Origin: Mizuhopecten yessoensis
Taxonomy: Eukaryota
Direction: 5' to 3'
Assembly: GCF_002113885.1 (NCBI RefSeq)
Contig: NW_018408918.1
Span: 62,001 to 116,919 of the forward strand
DNA: 54,919 bases
Positions 13,641 through 27,319 of the stretch are shown here, one piece after another. A model generated the notes under the pieces. That model ran no database searches. It saw only the letters and a program-made list of their open reading frames with translations, and was not told the DNA's origin. Every line of letters starts with the position of its first letter. Position 1 is the stretch's first letter. Position numbers and translations under genes: made by a program.

Positions 13641-14181
13641 AAGTGACGTATAGCCAAGCAAGGCACTAGGAAACAAAAGCGTATGATTGATCTGTTACTC
13701 TTTGATAAACCGACGGATCAAACAGAGTGGAAGTTAGCATGGCACCTTAGCTTTATCTAGATAAATGTTATTGGATACATTCAAGTTAAATTGAAAAAAT
13801 GGAATATTGAAAATATGCATGTTTTCAAGAAACAAACACGAGAAACACACTTTGATTTCCAACAAAAACATTTGTGGTTGGATTTGTCAAACACTAAAGT
13901 GCACCGCTATTTTTTTAAATAACGTTGCAATTTGATTGTTTGTAAACTTGACAAGAATCGCCACTAGAATCAAAGGTTCGTTGCCAATTATACTGCATCA
14001 TAACCACTTATATTTCATAAAATATATATAATGCAACTTTATGCAATATATGTATCACATAAGTGTTATATAGAGAAACCATTATACACGTGAATAGATC
14101 ATTTGAAGCACTATCGTCAGTATTTGTGAGAAATGAACTGTTTTACAATAAATGCTGTTTTCGTATCCTTCCTTGCTATAC

Positions 14182-14434
14182 CTACACGGTCATCCCTGCC
14201 AAAGTAAAACCTGAGTTCCGTCATCATCCTGTCTCTGATGTCCAGACTGATGGATGGCCGAGTTGAACTTGCACGTAATGGCATCACAGATATAGACGGC
14301 GTGGATGATCGGACAGACCGCGTACGTGAAGAGCTGGCGGACATTGTTCGGAGGTTAAAGGTCGTCTCGTGTAACACTGGTGACGAGCATGTGCGATAGC
14401 ACACTGTGACGTCTCTTAGGTACTGCGGCTCCAT
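14182..14434 (-). CDS. first coding exon of candidate orphan Ser/Arg/Thr-rich small protein
   Basis: GC-richer island with acceptor ctttcaacgtgcag| (exon edge 14442), ATG at 14434 and donor GTAG|gtatag. MEPQYLRDVTVCYRTCSSP...RDRMMTELRFYFGRDDRV. No family recognised. Confidence 0.45.
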
Positions 14435-15713
14435 GACGTCACCTGCACGTTGAAAGGAACCAGTCGTTTAATAATATAAACATATTTGAATATAACACCA
14501 TATGTCACTACCCATATATCCTCTTTCTGCAGAACTAGCTGGAAAAATTCGATTATTCACCATCAAAAACCATTGGAAGTATTTGAAGATATGTTGAAAC
14601 TGTTAAAAAATGAAATTCAAGACTAATATGCTGATTTAACAACTAATCATCATTAAATTCCAGTCACCGGTCACTATGTATTTTACATTTGAGCTAAGGA
14701 GCAAAAGCCAAAATATCTTTTGAATCAAAGACACCATATCACAATAACTATGAAATAAATTTGAATGAGAATATTTTATGTATATGAACTAAAATACCTT
14801 CCTGGCGTCTAATTACAACCAATAAATGTCAGATTATCAGGAATAATTGTGAAGTTGTATGGTGTGTATAATTCAGTTTTGCTTTTGTTTTGTTTTTGCG
14901 TTTTTCTTCGATTCTGATCTACAACTCTTTAAACGTATTTCAAGTAACAGAAGTGCTGTTTACTGCGCAGAAGTAAAACAAGACAAGTATTTATCATAGC
15001 ATGACCATACATTGACAACACGAGGAAATAAACAGAAACCAAAACAAAAGACAGCCGGAAGTTCCACAAGCAATGGGAAGTTAATCTAAACGTTCCGGAA
15101 GGGTAAGTTTAAATTGCACCAGATGCGGTATATGTTGTGTCCTCTTTTGAATTAGTTTAAATTTTATTTGAAACTACATTAGATTTATGAAAATGACGTC
15201 ATGCTGATTTGAAAAGATAATGTAGTTTAAAATATCTTACATGTATGTAGAAACCCCTTGTTAGTGGTTAATTAGTAATCTTTTCGGTAATTATTATACA
15301 TTGTATTTGGAACATGGAGAAGTGATCATGTATGGTAATTTAAATTATTAAATTTCATTATATTTAAATGTAAGTAAGTTGCGACTGTACAGATGGAAAT
15401 TCTACTGGTATGAAAACGCTAGCGTTTTACGTCGAATATAATAGAGCAAAATTATCCATACACACACATATTTATATAGATATTAGAATTTGCCGGAGCG
15501 AAATTTTCCACACAGCAATCAGTTTTATAATGAGTCACAACGGGAACATGTCTATCATTTACAGTATTTTGTGCAGCTACATGTATATCCGCCACTGATT
15601 GCATATATTTCAATTTAGAACTCCAAAAAGAGATAATGTTCTACTACCTACGAAATGAAATGAAATAGATATTAAAAATTATCACAATTCTTAATTGTTT
15701 ATAGTAAAGTGAC

Positions 15714-15761
<48 letters not shown>
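15714..15761. repeat. (CAT)n microsatellite
   Basis: 16 perfect CAT units. Confidence 0.95.
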
Positions 15762-17165
15762 GTATGTAAAGGTGAAGATATAAAACTGGGAATTCAGGTA
15801 TCAGGCATTTTCGGATATCAGAAGGTAACCGAGATACCATGGGGACTTGAATTATTTGATATTGAAGGAAAGAACATAATCAATATATCTAACCGTGAAG
15901 GGTCGGGCAGGTAAATAGGTAAATTCTCGCCCCGGACTGAAGTGAACCAATTTGACTCTGTAAGGGGTAATATATCGTACTACGCCATATCTATGTAAGG
16001 CACAGTACAATGAAGGATTGTTTGCCTCACTGTATAACACGGGAAATTATATGCCAATTATAATTACATATACGTCAGTATTGAAGACATACGTCTTTAT
16101 AATAGAACACAAATGTTATTAAAACCCAAGGTGAGGCAGTGTAAATATTTAATCGAATCCGTTAAAACACTTCACTTATAACTGTATGGTTTGTATTAAG
16201 GTCTAAACAAACAAATGAGGCACTATTTTTTTTAAATCTGGATATTTAAAAATAACATGAAGTATGACAAAAGAGAAGTACCCTGTCGTGATCATACTAC
16301 ACCTATATACGTATGTGATATACGTATACAAATGAAACAAAACATATATGCACACATTGTTTCTAAATATTTAGCAAGTTTAAGTTTCTTATGATAATAA
16401 TAATAATAAATATTGTTTTGTGGTTTATTTCTTTGTCTCGATAAAGGAGCGGATTGCTCCGACAATTTGACAACATCATATAGTTTACACTGTAAGAATT
16501 ACTTCCTTGCCTCCAATAGTAATAAACATATATATAAGTTGAAACTACCCATTCTCTACCTTACATGCAGAACGTTACATCAGTCCTTTTATACATATAA
16601 ACAATAAGTTCCATCATCCCTAGCCAGTGAAACAATGAATTCCATCATTTCTAGCTAGTGGTACATTCCCGCTAATACAGTAAAACAATACAGTTCATTA
16701 CCTGTAACTAGACGAACAATAAATACCACCATTCCAATGAACAAACATCCCATTACTAACAGTCAAAGCATTAATATGTGTCATCAGTCATACAATGCAA
16801 GAAGTGCAACAATAGGGATAATCAATCCACGTCATAGTTTATCTATTAACAAAAATGCTGTGTTAAATAACATCACAAGCTGTTTCTTTACGAAACATCC
16901 AAACCTTCATAACTGGATACGATTTATATTCATACTCCTGATTTAATACTGAAATAAATATTACACGCGAAATTAAAACAAAATATCTTCGATTTAACAT
17001 AAATCATATGTAATTTCTTTCAATTTAAAAGAAGTCTTAAACGTTTAACTTTTTCTATGAAACTCTAATGTTTGCATGTGAATCAGTATTTGTCAAAAGT
17101 ACAGGTATATCTATGTAACTGTAATATAACATGAGCATTTTAGTTCAAAACATCCGCTTACTTAC

Positions 17166-17600
17166 CTTGGTATACTTTTGATAATGGTCCGCAATCGATC
17201 TTGTTCACCCCAAGCTGTTGATTTTCAGCAAATCATACCGATCAAATCTTCGTGTACGTTCCAGATAGCACATAACATAGGACTGGTCCTTTTTGGTGTC
17301 GAATCATCCAAATCAAACCACAAACATTGTCCTCGGCAAACTCTAACTGAACCACACCTGGAAAACAACCTCGAACCACAGCTGAAAAATCTCGATCAAC
17401 TCTCTCTAGACTATGCCAAGTCAATATTATGGTTGAGGCGATAGTTCGGTCCTGGCGTGTAAAGGATATTGCCAAATAAACCTGATTGTCAGCTTTGTCA
17501 GACTCGAATGTGATTTTCACGGCTTTGCGTTTTAACCAGATCGGGTTCTTTTCACTTATAATGACATTTTGACCCTGGCATTCATCGTAGTCTTGTTATG
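17166..17600 (-). other. probable non-coding 5' exon of the orphan gene (5' limit uncertain)
   Basis: Consensus donor CAAG|gtaagt at 17165. GC-richer than flanks. All three frames have stops before the donor with no in-frame ATG. Confidence 0.35.
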
Positions 17601-18858
17601 CTATAATTGCCCCGTAGTTTTCCGTGATTCATTTTAAACCTAGTATAACGAGTGGCTGTGTTTACATAATGCCTAATATATCCGCATGAATAGGTGGGTT
17701 TTGTCACCTTTAAATATCACCCCGCTATCCGTCAAAACAATGTAAGCTTTTCTACTTAGGACTGAACAACTCAATTTTAAAGACGGTAATACACCGTCGG
17801 TTGCGAGTATTTATCGGATCGTCAAATCACTTACTACAAACAAAACCAAAAACTACACGTATCGAGATTATATTATTTAAACGACATTTCTAGTTAATTT
17901 TATTGTTTTTCCTATTTAATTGTAGGTAAGTTGATATTTTAAATCTGATATCAATTGCGTATTTTAATTAAGAAACGTATCAATTATCAAAAAAAAAAAA
18001 AAACATTTTCATACACTGTAGTAATAAAAGGGAAAATACTCACGAATCAACCTTTCAGGGGAAAAGAATGGAATTATAACTAAACAAACCACGTGTTAGA
18101 TCAATATAGTAGGATGTAGGTTTCTATCAGAAACTTCTCTTTTCCATTCTAAACAATCAGATGCAGAAAGACAAACAAAATTGGATTTTTTCCAATAATA
18201 TTACAATTGAAAACGCTTTGGCTTAAAAATCAGTTATTTGTATTAGGTATTCCATATAAACCACGACAGCATTTATAAATGATTTCTTTCATATGTGCCT
18301 CTGTAACATTCTGTTCATTACTATTTTTGGAGGTAGATGTTTTGTTTAATATTATAATGTGTTGAATCGTATTGTTGTTCATGATTATATGGATTTACAT
18401 ACGTTTCAAAAACAAACATAGACATTTATTACTCGAACTTAATTCATAACTTGACACGAATAGCTATAAAAAGTTGAACTGAGAAATAGTGTTTGAACTA
18501 AATTAAATCAATTTTTATTTCTGGTGGGTTAAACATATAATCTGTTTAGCTATACAGGTATTCAGGCTTCTGTACGTGGTGCGAGTCGGTAGCTCAATAT
18601 ACATGATAGATTTGGCGTTATTTATAATGTACTTCATTCAAGGGCAGCTTATCGCCGGATTAGTTGTTGTTCAGTGTGATATATAGCAGGGAATAAAATG
18701 TTATTAAAAATCCAATAGAAAAGAGCTACTCAAAAGTGTATGGCGTGTAGCAATGGCGGCCCCAGAGATCGAGCTTGTTTATTTATCCTAAATTTCATGG
18801 TCAGGGGAGGGTTAAAAAGAAAGTTACAAGATGTGTTGGTGAAGGGGGAGAGTTAATG

Positions 18859-18932
18859 TGTGTCAGAGTGTGTGTTTATGTCAGAGTGTGTGTTTGTGTC
18901 AGAGTGTGTGTTTGTGTCAGAGTGTGTGTTTG
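18859..18932. repeat. 18-bp minisatellite x4
   Basis: Unit gtgtcagagtgtgtgttt. Confidence 0.85.
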
Positions 18933-21101
18933 TAACGCGAGGTGAATGTTGCCAGGATGTCATAAATAACATAGCAACTGTAAACTTATGCTGTAGCCTT
19001 ATAATTCGTTAGTCACCGAACAACTTATAAACAGGAAGGAGATATTGCTTGTTACTGTATAGGGATTATTTCAACCTTATTAAAAACAATATTAATAGAC
19101 AATCTAAGCAAATATGCATAATATTTTAATTCAACAATGTTTTCTTTTAAACAGGATCTACGAAAGACAGACCTTTTCGTTTGCATTGAATTACGGTTCA
19201 AAATGCATATTATATGATATATATAAATCAATGAACAATATTGTATTTGTTACAACTACAAAAACGCGATGAAAGGGAGATAAATCTTATATGTTTGCCT
19301 TCATTTACTGAAATATTTAATTGTATGGAATCATCTATTGTTAAGTTGATATGAATTAAAATTTCAATAGATGCATGTATATAGAAATAAGGAACAATAA
19401 ACTGGTATCAACTCATTTGCGGTCGTTTTTTTGAATATTGACTTAAAACTTCATGCCTTAAAAACTGACAGAAACATTCAAGCAGTATGTTATAATGAAT
19501 CAATCTCAATGTATGTAAGTGACATTTGAATTATACCGCATTGAGCTGTCTTATCTGGCTCTAAAGGCTAGTCAGCTTTTTCCATGGTGTTTCGTCCGTC
19601 GTCCGACGTTCGGCTTTCAACATGAGCCTTGGTTTTAAAAGACTGCTTGTCACTAACGGTAGTTCAAATCGGAAGTAGTTCGCAGGGATTAAATTTCGCG
19701 CAATGTTGCACGGTAAACAATGGCAAGTGTTTTATGATAGCAATGTAAAATCCTTTACTTAATCAGTGTTTAATCGTCATTATTTGGCATTAAAAAATGT
19801 AAATAGGTCTTTTTTTCTGCTGGTATATCCATGGTATTAATATTCGCCTGGTATTTAATTTCGCGGTATCTTTCGTGAACGCGAATAATGCAAAACTAAA
19901 TCCCCCGCGAAAATGAGCAAATATGGAATTTTTCTCGAAGCTGTCAATGAAATCCTCAAGTCAATACAGATACAACTTATATTTTATTCAGTCAGGATTA
20001 CACGATTTTGACCACAAAACTGTTCATAATATGTACATTCAGACTTATCCTAATTTGTAGGGATATTTATTAGACTGTAAGGGTTTATATCAACAATTAA
20101 AACAATGCGATCACCAAATGATGCTTCAAGCCTGTGCATATTAAAGTGTTATTTCTTAGATGCTGTGTAGTTCGACAGGTGGCTTGAGACACAGAAAAGG
20201 TGTGGAATAAGGGACGGAAACGTACATAGCAGATTGAAAGAGAAGCGACAACATCTACATGTATGTGGATGCCAAGCAATTTTCTACTACCAAAAGAATT
20301 GTGAATTTTGAAACCTGCAAGTTGGTTTGGGTTACATGTTCTTACTTTGAAGGCTTTTTCCATTTAAGCATATAGCATCATTCGGGGATGACATTAGTAC
20401 CGGGTTTGATATAAACCGGTAAAAGATCTAATAATGCCCACTTCACATCAGGCTTGATCCAAAAAACATCTTGTCAGTTGTTCTCAGGTCATGTTGCTGA
20501 CACACCAATCAAATTTCTAATTTACAAAAGCATCAGCCGATTGTCAGCATTCTCAAGTGATCTATAAAGATCACAAAAAGACGATAAAAGACCAAAAACT
20601 TCACATTATGTATCTATTATTGACATGTTGATAACAAACAGGACCGGTTGAACATTTCGAAAAAACGTGTCCGGGGCGCAAGGTTCTCGAATCAAACAGC
20701 TAAAAGTACAAATTGGAAGATAATGAACGGCATGTATTGGTAGAAGTTTAAACAGATGATTAATTTTTATGCTTGTCAGTTAGTGTTACTAACAGATCAA
20801 ACACGACTACCGACTGTTACATGGGTATGACTTCAAAAATCAGACACTCGCAGGATATTCACATTCATGAATAATTGGGCGTACATTGAAGGACATGAAA
20901 GCAAATTAAAAAAAAAAAATCATAAATAGATTTTATTTATTTCATATTTCAATTCAGTTTGTTCGGATTCCAATGAACAGGGTTGAAGGACTTGTTAAAC
21001 ACAAATTATAGAAGTGTTTAAAAAAACATAAGTCTTTGAGCTTATCGTTGATAAACTACATGTGATATACATTTGAGATACATAACGATTTACTATTATT
21101 T

Positions 21102-21250
21102 AATATTAAAGTTTCGCTATATGCACAAACAATGTACGTATTGAACATGTCACAACGTTTCAATGCCGACTGGTCCCTTTGTAAAGCTAGAAACGTTGCG
21201 ACACGTTTAATACACACATTGTTCATGTAGAAAGTAAAACTCTGATATTA
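21102..21250. repeat. imperfect palindrome / MITE
   Basis: caatgtacgtattgaacatgtcacaacgtttc pairs with gaaacgttgcgacacgtttaatacacacattg. Confidence 0.65.
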
Positions 21251-21862
21251 CATATCTCTAAACTGAGGAATCTTATTGAAAGTACAAAATACAATTTAAT
21301 CTTTAACTTAAGCCTGTCATGACTAGTTAACGACATTTTGTTGAAGATGTTTCTTAATTCTCATAACTTTAACTCCCAAAGTATCCCCCGCTGGTTGCTT
21401 AACATTTTCTGACTGACCTATAGCCAAAGATCGAATTATTATTATCAAAGTACATGCTAGCAACCTAAAATAGCCGTATGAAGGTAGTTATTTCCCTTGA
21501 TGTTGCTCTTTATTTCAGATGCTTGGAATACTATATGGCGGGCACGAATCTTATATCATGATTCTGTTTGCCGATCCTGGAGCCGCCTTGGCTTATTAAA
21601 CCTTTTTTCTACTAACGTTTCCGATTTACCTTCGTTGGTAGATTGACTATTCTGGCTATTTAACCTCTGTCACTTTCCTCCGATTACTAATATTTTCTGA
21701 TTGAAGGCATTAAACCAGGAAATTGGTCAACTGATCAAACTTTGAGAAAGAATATCTGTATTGAACACTTTGGACACCGGTGGCTTGTTTAACAGTGTTT
21801 TGGATTAAGCATTTAGAACTGCAACATTCCCACGACTACAAAGTGACTATGATTATTAATGT

Positions 21863-21906
21863 TTATTTACTGCGGGACAGACCGCAGTTGTAACGGTTGT
21901 ATACAC
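21863..21906 (-). CDS. secreted FReD/GON-like + EGF protein, probable terminal exon
   Basis: tgttttggtcccag|GT GTA TAC...AAA TAA; phase 1; GVYNRYNCGLSRSK*. Confidence 0.45.
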
Positions 21907-22081
21907 CTGGGACCAAAACATGATTTTATCAATATAATAATAATATACTTATCAAAATAAGCATTAAACATTATCGCAAAAACCTTGCAAAAGTGATATT
22001 CATTGGCGACATATATACAAATGCTACTTTAACCGACCGAATTATCTGTTGTTGCCGACTTACCTCCCTTGAGTTACTTAC

Positions 22082-22198
22082 CAGTCTCGCAGTGTGTTCC
22101 TATGTAGCCCTCGCTACATTCACAGAAGGTGTGAGTACCATCGGGGAAACAGGAACCTCCATTCAAACAGGGTGAATGTGCACACGGGTTATCGTAGT
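22082..22198 (-). CDS. secreted FReD/GON-like + EGF protein, EGF exon
   Basis: ttctcag|AC...ACT G|gtaagt, phase 1-1. NPCAHSPCLNGGSCFPDGTHTFCECSEGYIGTHCE is a canonical 6-Cys EGF domain (absent from the ORF track). Confidence 0.9.
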
Positions 22199-22643
22199 CT
22201 GAGAATCACAAACCAATAAACAGTATTAATATATGCATGCAATACTTTTGACTCAAACTCCTTTATACGTAACAGAAAGAATAGGTAAATTCGAGAATTT
22301 CATCACGCCGTAATCAAGTAGTAAGGGATCATATTGCCTCTATTTCTCCATCGTGAAGCAATTTTGCTTGAACTATTACAAAGTCAATTAGTTTCGTCTT
22401 TTTACTGAAATCGATATTAGAACATTCCGTTCAATGAAAAAAACTCACTTTTTTTTTCAATTGATGACATTTTAAAACGCACATTAACAAAAAGATAAAT
22501 GCATATATTAACATAATATTATTATATCGCTGTTAGACATCCTTTCTATTAGTAATATAGACTCTGCCCTGAGTTAAGGAGTCTGGACGATTGAATCTGA
22601 TCGATTGCATCTGATAGTTAATAAGTACTACAATGCTACATAC

Positions 22644-23324
22644 CGAATCTGAGGCCCAAAGCCGCCCCTTGCACGTCGTGAATGATCGTTGGAGGGATGG
22701 CGTACCCTCCACATCCGCCCATATGGAGTTCAAAGAAAAAGAAAAATTCTGGAGGCAAGTACCTAGGCTTTGGGATATCGTGAGCATGGGTGATCCAGTC
22801 GTGCATTAACGTGGAGTCACAGCATCTGCCATAATTGATTGGCAGGTGGTCGTTATGGTTAAAGTAAAAAGCAAAGTAGCTGTTCGGATTGCTATCGCAG
22901 TTTGTGAACAGATAGTCTACACCATTTACCCTGTACCCCTGTTGATTTCGATTTTGCGCCACACTGACCGGCAGGAAACCCAAGTAGAGATAGGGCGCCA
23001 TCTGCTGGTGGTTGTATGGGTTGGCATATCCAGCATGTGTGTTGTACTGGAAGGATAGAGGGATCTTGCTGTAAGTTGAAATCTGTTCCATTTTCGATTC
23101 TTTTTGAATTCCCACCACGTTAATGTGACGTATCATCGCATGCGCCGTGGAGGTATACAGATCGGCGATGTCGACTTGTACTGATGTGGTGTTGATAACG
23201 TAGGTGTAGCCGTAATCGGCGTAGAAATCACAGTAAACCGTGAATGGCTCCTGCTTCCGGTTCATGATCTCGTAGACACCGCTTACGCTATGAGGGTTGT
23301 TAGCATATATTTCCTTGCAAGAAT
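22644..23324 (-). CDS. secreted FReD/GON-like + EGF protein, main exon (227 codons)
   Basis: ttttag|AT TCT TGC...TTC G|gtatgt, phase 1-1. Begins SCKEIY...SGVYEI...PFTVYCDF...GYTY, the motif that opens fibrinogen-related, COLFI and GON domains; the rest is unassigned. Confidence 0.88.
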
Positions 23325-23838
23325 CTAAAACGACAGTTATTATTCACATAGGGCATCGTGTTCTGCACAATCAAATTATTTCTTATAAACATGTATATAT
23401 ATCAAATGAATTAATGAATGCTGATGAGGTTAAAGGAAGGATGGTGAACCGACAAATAAATTCCGTAAGCATAACGTCTTTTTTCGTAAATTTCCGTCAC
23501 ATATTTCAGAAATAATGTATATTTATTGTGATTGATTTATATATTTAATATATAATACGATGTTTCTGTTTAGTAAAATATTACATGAATAGTATCATAT
23601 ATTAAAGGGTTTAAATATCATATGATACATGTATTAGATTCATGTATCTTATATAACAATATGGCATTTCTATATATATAGTAAAAGATATAGGTCAAAG
23701 AAGTAATGTAGACGGTCAAATCTCATATAACACTGAGATAGATATATTATCTATAACACGGTAACATATGCGTATCTAATAATACAATTTATATTCATCA
23801 AGAAAGCGATGTCGATATATTTTGGTTGACTTACTTAC

Positions 23839-23896
23839 GGAAGAGACCCTGCACTACAACCAGCATACATGATACCGTGAACAGTAGAGTATACAT
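23839..23896 (-). CDS. secreted FReD/GON-like + EGF protein, signal-peptide exon
   Basis: Acceptor tttcag at 23906-7, ATG at 23896, MYTLLFTVSCMLVVVQGLF, donor C|gtaagt in phase 1 matching the next exon. A likely 5' non-coding exon donor lies at 26045. Confidence 0.8.
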
Positions 23897-24182
23897 AGCT
23901 TTGGACTGAAACATTCGTAAACACAACATAAAGAAAATCAAAAAACAATATTGGTTGTTTTAACATTATCTTTATTTCAACTATGAGTGAATCATGAGCA
24001 AAAATGATTAAAAATCCAGCATATTTCAAGTCGCTTTAGGCATTGCTATTTAAAAACAACAAAAAAGAATTGCATACAGATGAGGGAAAATATGTGCTAG
24101 ATTACAGGTTTTTCGAGCTGCAAGCCCTCAGGATAAATCGAAACAATTTTTTGTCTGGTGATTAACACAGGTTGTTTGCATT

Positions 24183-24676
24183 GGAGAATAATAAAATCTA
24201 TTACCTGTAACTGAGCGAGATCGGGTTATCTCAGTCGAGGGTTAAGATTCTGTACCAAAATCTTAACCGAGGCGTAAGCAGAGGTTGGGGTGTTACAGAA
24301 TCCTAACCCTATCTTGCTCCGTTACAGGCAATTGATTTTTTTCTCGCATCTTTTCGTTCGAAAAAAATGTTTTGCTAAAAACCTCAAATGATAATGACCT
24401 CTTCACTACTTAAGCTACATTTGAATAATTCCGCGTAAAAAATGCTGTCCGTTCTTACATAGATGACAACGTATTTCACTGTACAACATCAACTATCTAA
24501 CAACATCAAAACTATACATATAACAACAACACAGAATATTTATAACGCAGATTGTCAATTTCAAGCAGTTAACGCGCGGATGAATACATCGCAGTGTAAA
24601 ATTCCGCGAAAGATCTACGAGATAGAAAATCTAGCATGGGGTATGACGTGGGATATCTCTGTCTGAGGTGCGAGAA
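24183..24676. mobile_element. non-autonomous DNA-transposon-like element with internal palindrome
   Basis: aatctattacctgtaactgagcgaga ... tcttgctccgttacaggcaattgatt inverted arms; ttctcgcatc...ggtgcgagaa form a second pair. Confidence 0.45.
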
Positions 24677-25303
24677 GAGGTTCATGTAGCACAACCAGTC
24701 AGTTCATTGTTTATGTTTTTGATAACTTGCACTGTATGAAGAACTTACATACAATAAAGTTAATTAGTAGTGATATAATCATTTCAGCTGTATCATTATG
24801 TACAAATGTAAACGATTTTATGATACTATATTTACAATTTGCATGGCATTGTCACTATATAGCCTTTTTGAAAGCTGTGTCGTTGATCGTCTGCTGGATA
24901 ACCGATACATCCGGTAGTGAAGCGGACGTAAAACCTATCAATCAATCAATCAATCTGTGTCGTTGATGGGACTTTAATTACCATGCATCACGAGACACAA
25001 TTCTTAGCGTATTAATACACTCTGACCGGAACTACAATATCGAATATAAATAAACATGACGGCTGCTGAAATATCGCTGGGCATTGTGAGATTTGACAAT
25101 GTCATTGAAAATTTATGTGCAAAATAAAAAACAAAAAAAAAACAAAAAAAAACCACTTTTATTACAACGAAAACAAGACCAAGGTCTGCAATATCGTACA
25201 AAATGCACATCGTTTGAAATCACCGATGCCGGCAATGGAAACAATTTTAACGCTCATGCAATTTATCAGAAATATCGTCTGTTACACTGCACTGATCAAC
25301 AGG

Positions 25304-25419
25304 GGTTCGTTACAAATGTCTGAAATGCACATATTCTATAGACCTACTGACACATATGTTACACATCTACTGATATGAGTCACAGCACACATAAACATTT
25401 CAGACATTTGGAACGAACC
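25304..25419. repeat. short inverted-repeat element
   Basis: ggttcgttacaaatgtctgaaatg ... catttcagacatttggaacgaacc. Confidence 0.65.
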
Positions 25420-26532
25420 TTTGCTCCGTCGCAAGATCACTCACTTCAAACGCTATCAGTTTCACGCGTCTCGCATCCACGGTCCCTCAGTTTCTAACGA
25501 CATGTCAAATAACGACGCTGTTATAGAATCTACCGACTGTTGTCAGGTTCCAATACAATCAACAAATAAATTCACGCCTGGATTCTTCACAAAATGAGCA
25601 AAGAGAAAAGTACGAATTAACTTCAAAATTCGAAACAATTTCAAATCTAAGTTTCAACTCAGAGTTCTATTGAATCTTAAATCACCATATAGACATATCA
25701 TACGCAATTGTATTGATACTAAATTGTGGAATAAAAATTGAAGTGTTTGTTAAAATTTCAAAGTACTTCTTTGTTTGCCAATCAGCACGCGACAATACGC
25801 TGTTCAAACTATTGAACGAAATTGTGTGGACTGTCGATAAGGCGGGCATTTTTAATTTTAAATATAAATTTTAAGTTAAAAAAGAACATAAGAGGCAGAG
25901 AAAACGCGGATTATGTTATTTTCTTGCAAAGCTGTGTCATCATACAAAAACAGTTCAATGCTTAAGTATTACATGTATATAAAAACACAAAATACTGTGT
26001 TTCTGTTTAGTTTTCGCCTCCGGACAATACATTTACTGTACTTACCATTGTCTTAGTCATAAGTGACATACATCAGCCTATCGAGTGTAAACCTACACAA
26101 ATGAACATGTCTTATCTCATTAATGACTAGTGCGAGAGATAAACGTCCTTACACAATTATTGACCCCTAGAGTCATTATCAGGGTTAGGTTATAACGTTT
26201 CCTTTGTTTTTCTGAACGGTTTTTAATACTTAATACTCCTTGAAAAAATCACATAACAATTTCATATCGTAAATTTGTTTTATATCTAAGTTTGTATACG
26301 CCTCAAGCATAACCGAATCAACGGCAATGTTCTTGCCAACTCGGCGTACTTTATACCTTAGTGTACGTGAGATTAACTCGTCTGACGAAAATGATAGAGC
26401 ACCTAACATTCTACTCATCGTTACGTCAAACACGATTATTCCATTTGCTGTGCTGCATTGTACATAACCTTGTAGAGATAGTTTCTGTAAGCATAAGTCC
26501 AATGTATGTATGATAAAAACATTGATATCGGA

Positions 26533-26689
26533 CATCCAGTTTCCGGTATCCGGACCTGCAAGACCCAGACAGGATGGATATACACTACTTGTAGACATCC
26601 ACTGACCGGAAGCAGACGGACACTGTGTTATGATTGATCTTACGTCTATGCATACAGTCGATGCATCTACAAATGAAGATGATTAACTA
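26533..26689 (+). repeat. locus-specific ~150-bp dispersed repeat, copy A (ETS-like TTCCGG/CCGGAAG motifs)
   Basis: Homologous to 27320-27471, 35403-35520, 40575-40606 and 41058-41285. Confidence 0.75.
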
Positions 26690-27319
26690 CTTAAATACCA
26701 ATGGCACCTTCACACCATTCTACAATATCATACTCACTCATTCATTTGTTAGACAAATAGCCATTACAACTTTTGGGTTTCAATTGATATTGTAGATTAT
26801 GATAAACATATGTTATCAATATGACGCTTATTTCAATGGGACAAATCGATTCGGCTCTGCTTCTTTTCTTTTTTTTACATAATCATAAAAATGCGAACTT
26901 GCCCACTGCATTGAATCTTGATGACTTCATCTATCTATCGCCTGATAGAATGTTCTCTTTTGCCAATACTATTCGAGTCAACAACATTAGATTTTTCTGT
27001 AGCTTGATTTATGATTGTTGATCTAATTATCTGGTAATCTGAATGCCACCGTCCATGCCTTGCCGATTCAATTGTCATTTCGTACATTTTTAACAACTTA
27101 TAAGTGTTTATACGCTGATAGTATTGCCTATCAAATGAATATTTTCTTGCCAACTCGTTATACTTTACTCCTTAGTGTGCAAACGATGACGGTGTACAGA
27201 GTACATAAAGCTCATCGAAATATCACGCATGAACATTACATTGGCGGTGATATATGAACCTGCATATGATGTTTATATGATGTTGTTGTTTTTTGCATTA
27301 TGACAACGTTGACATCAAC

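Noticed and set aside
17242-17520. 92-aa minus-strand ORF as a protein-coding gene
   Set aside because: It starts at GTG, stops before the splice donor and has no recognisable motif; treated as 5' UTR.
26230-26598. 122-aa minus-strand ORF
   Set aside because: It begins inside the dispersed 150-bp repeat, is not preserved in other copies and has no domain signature.
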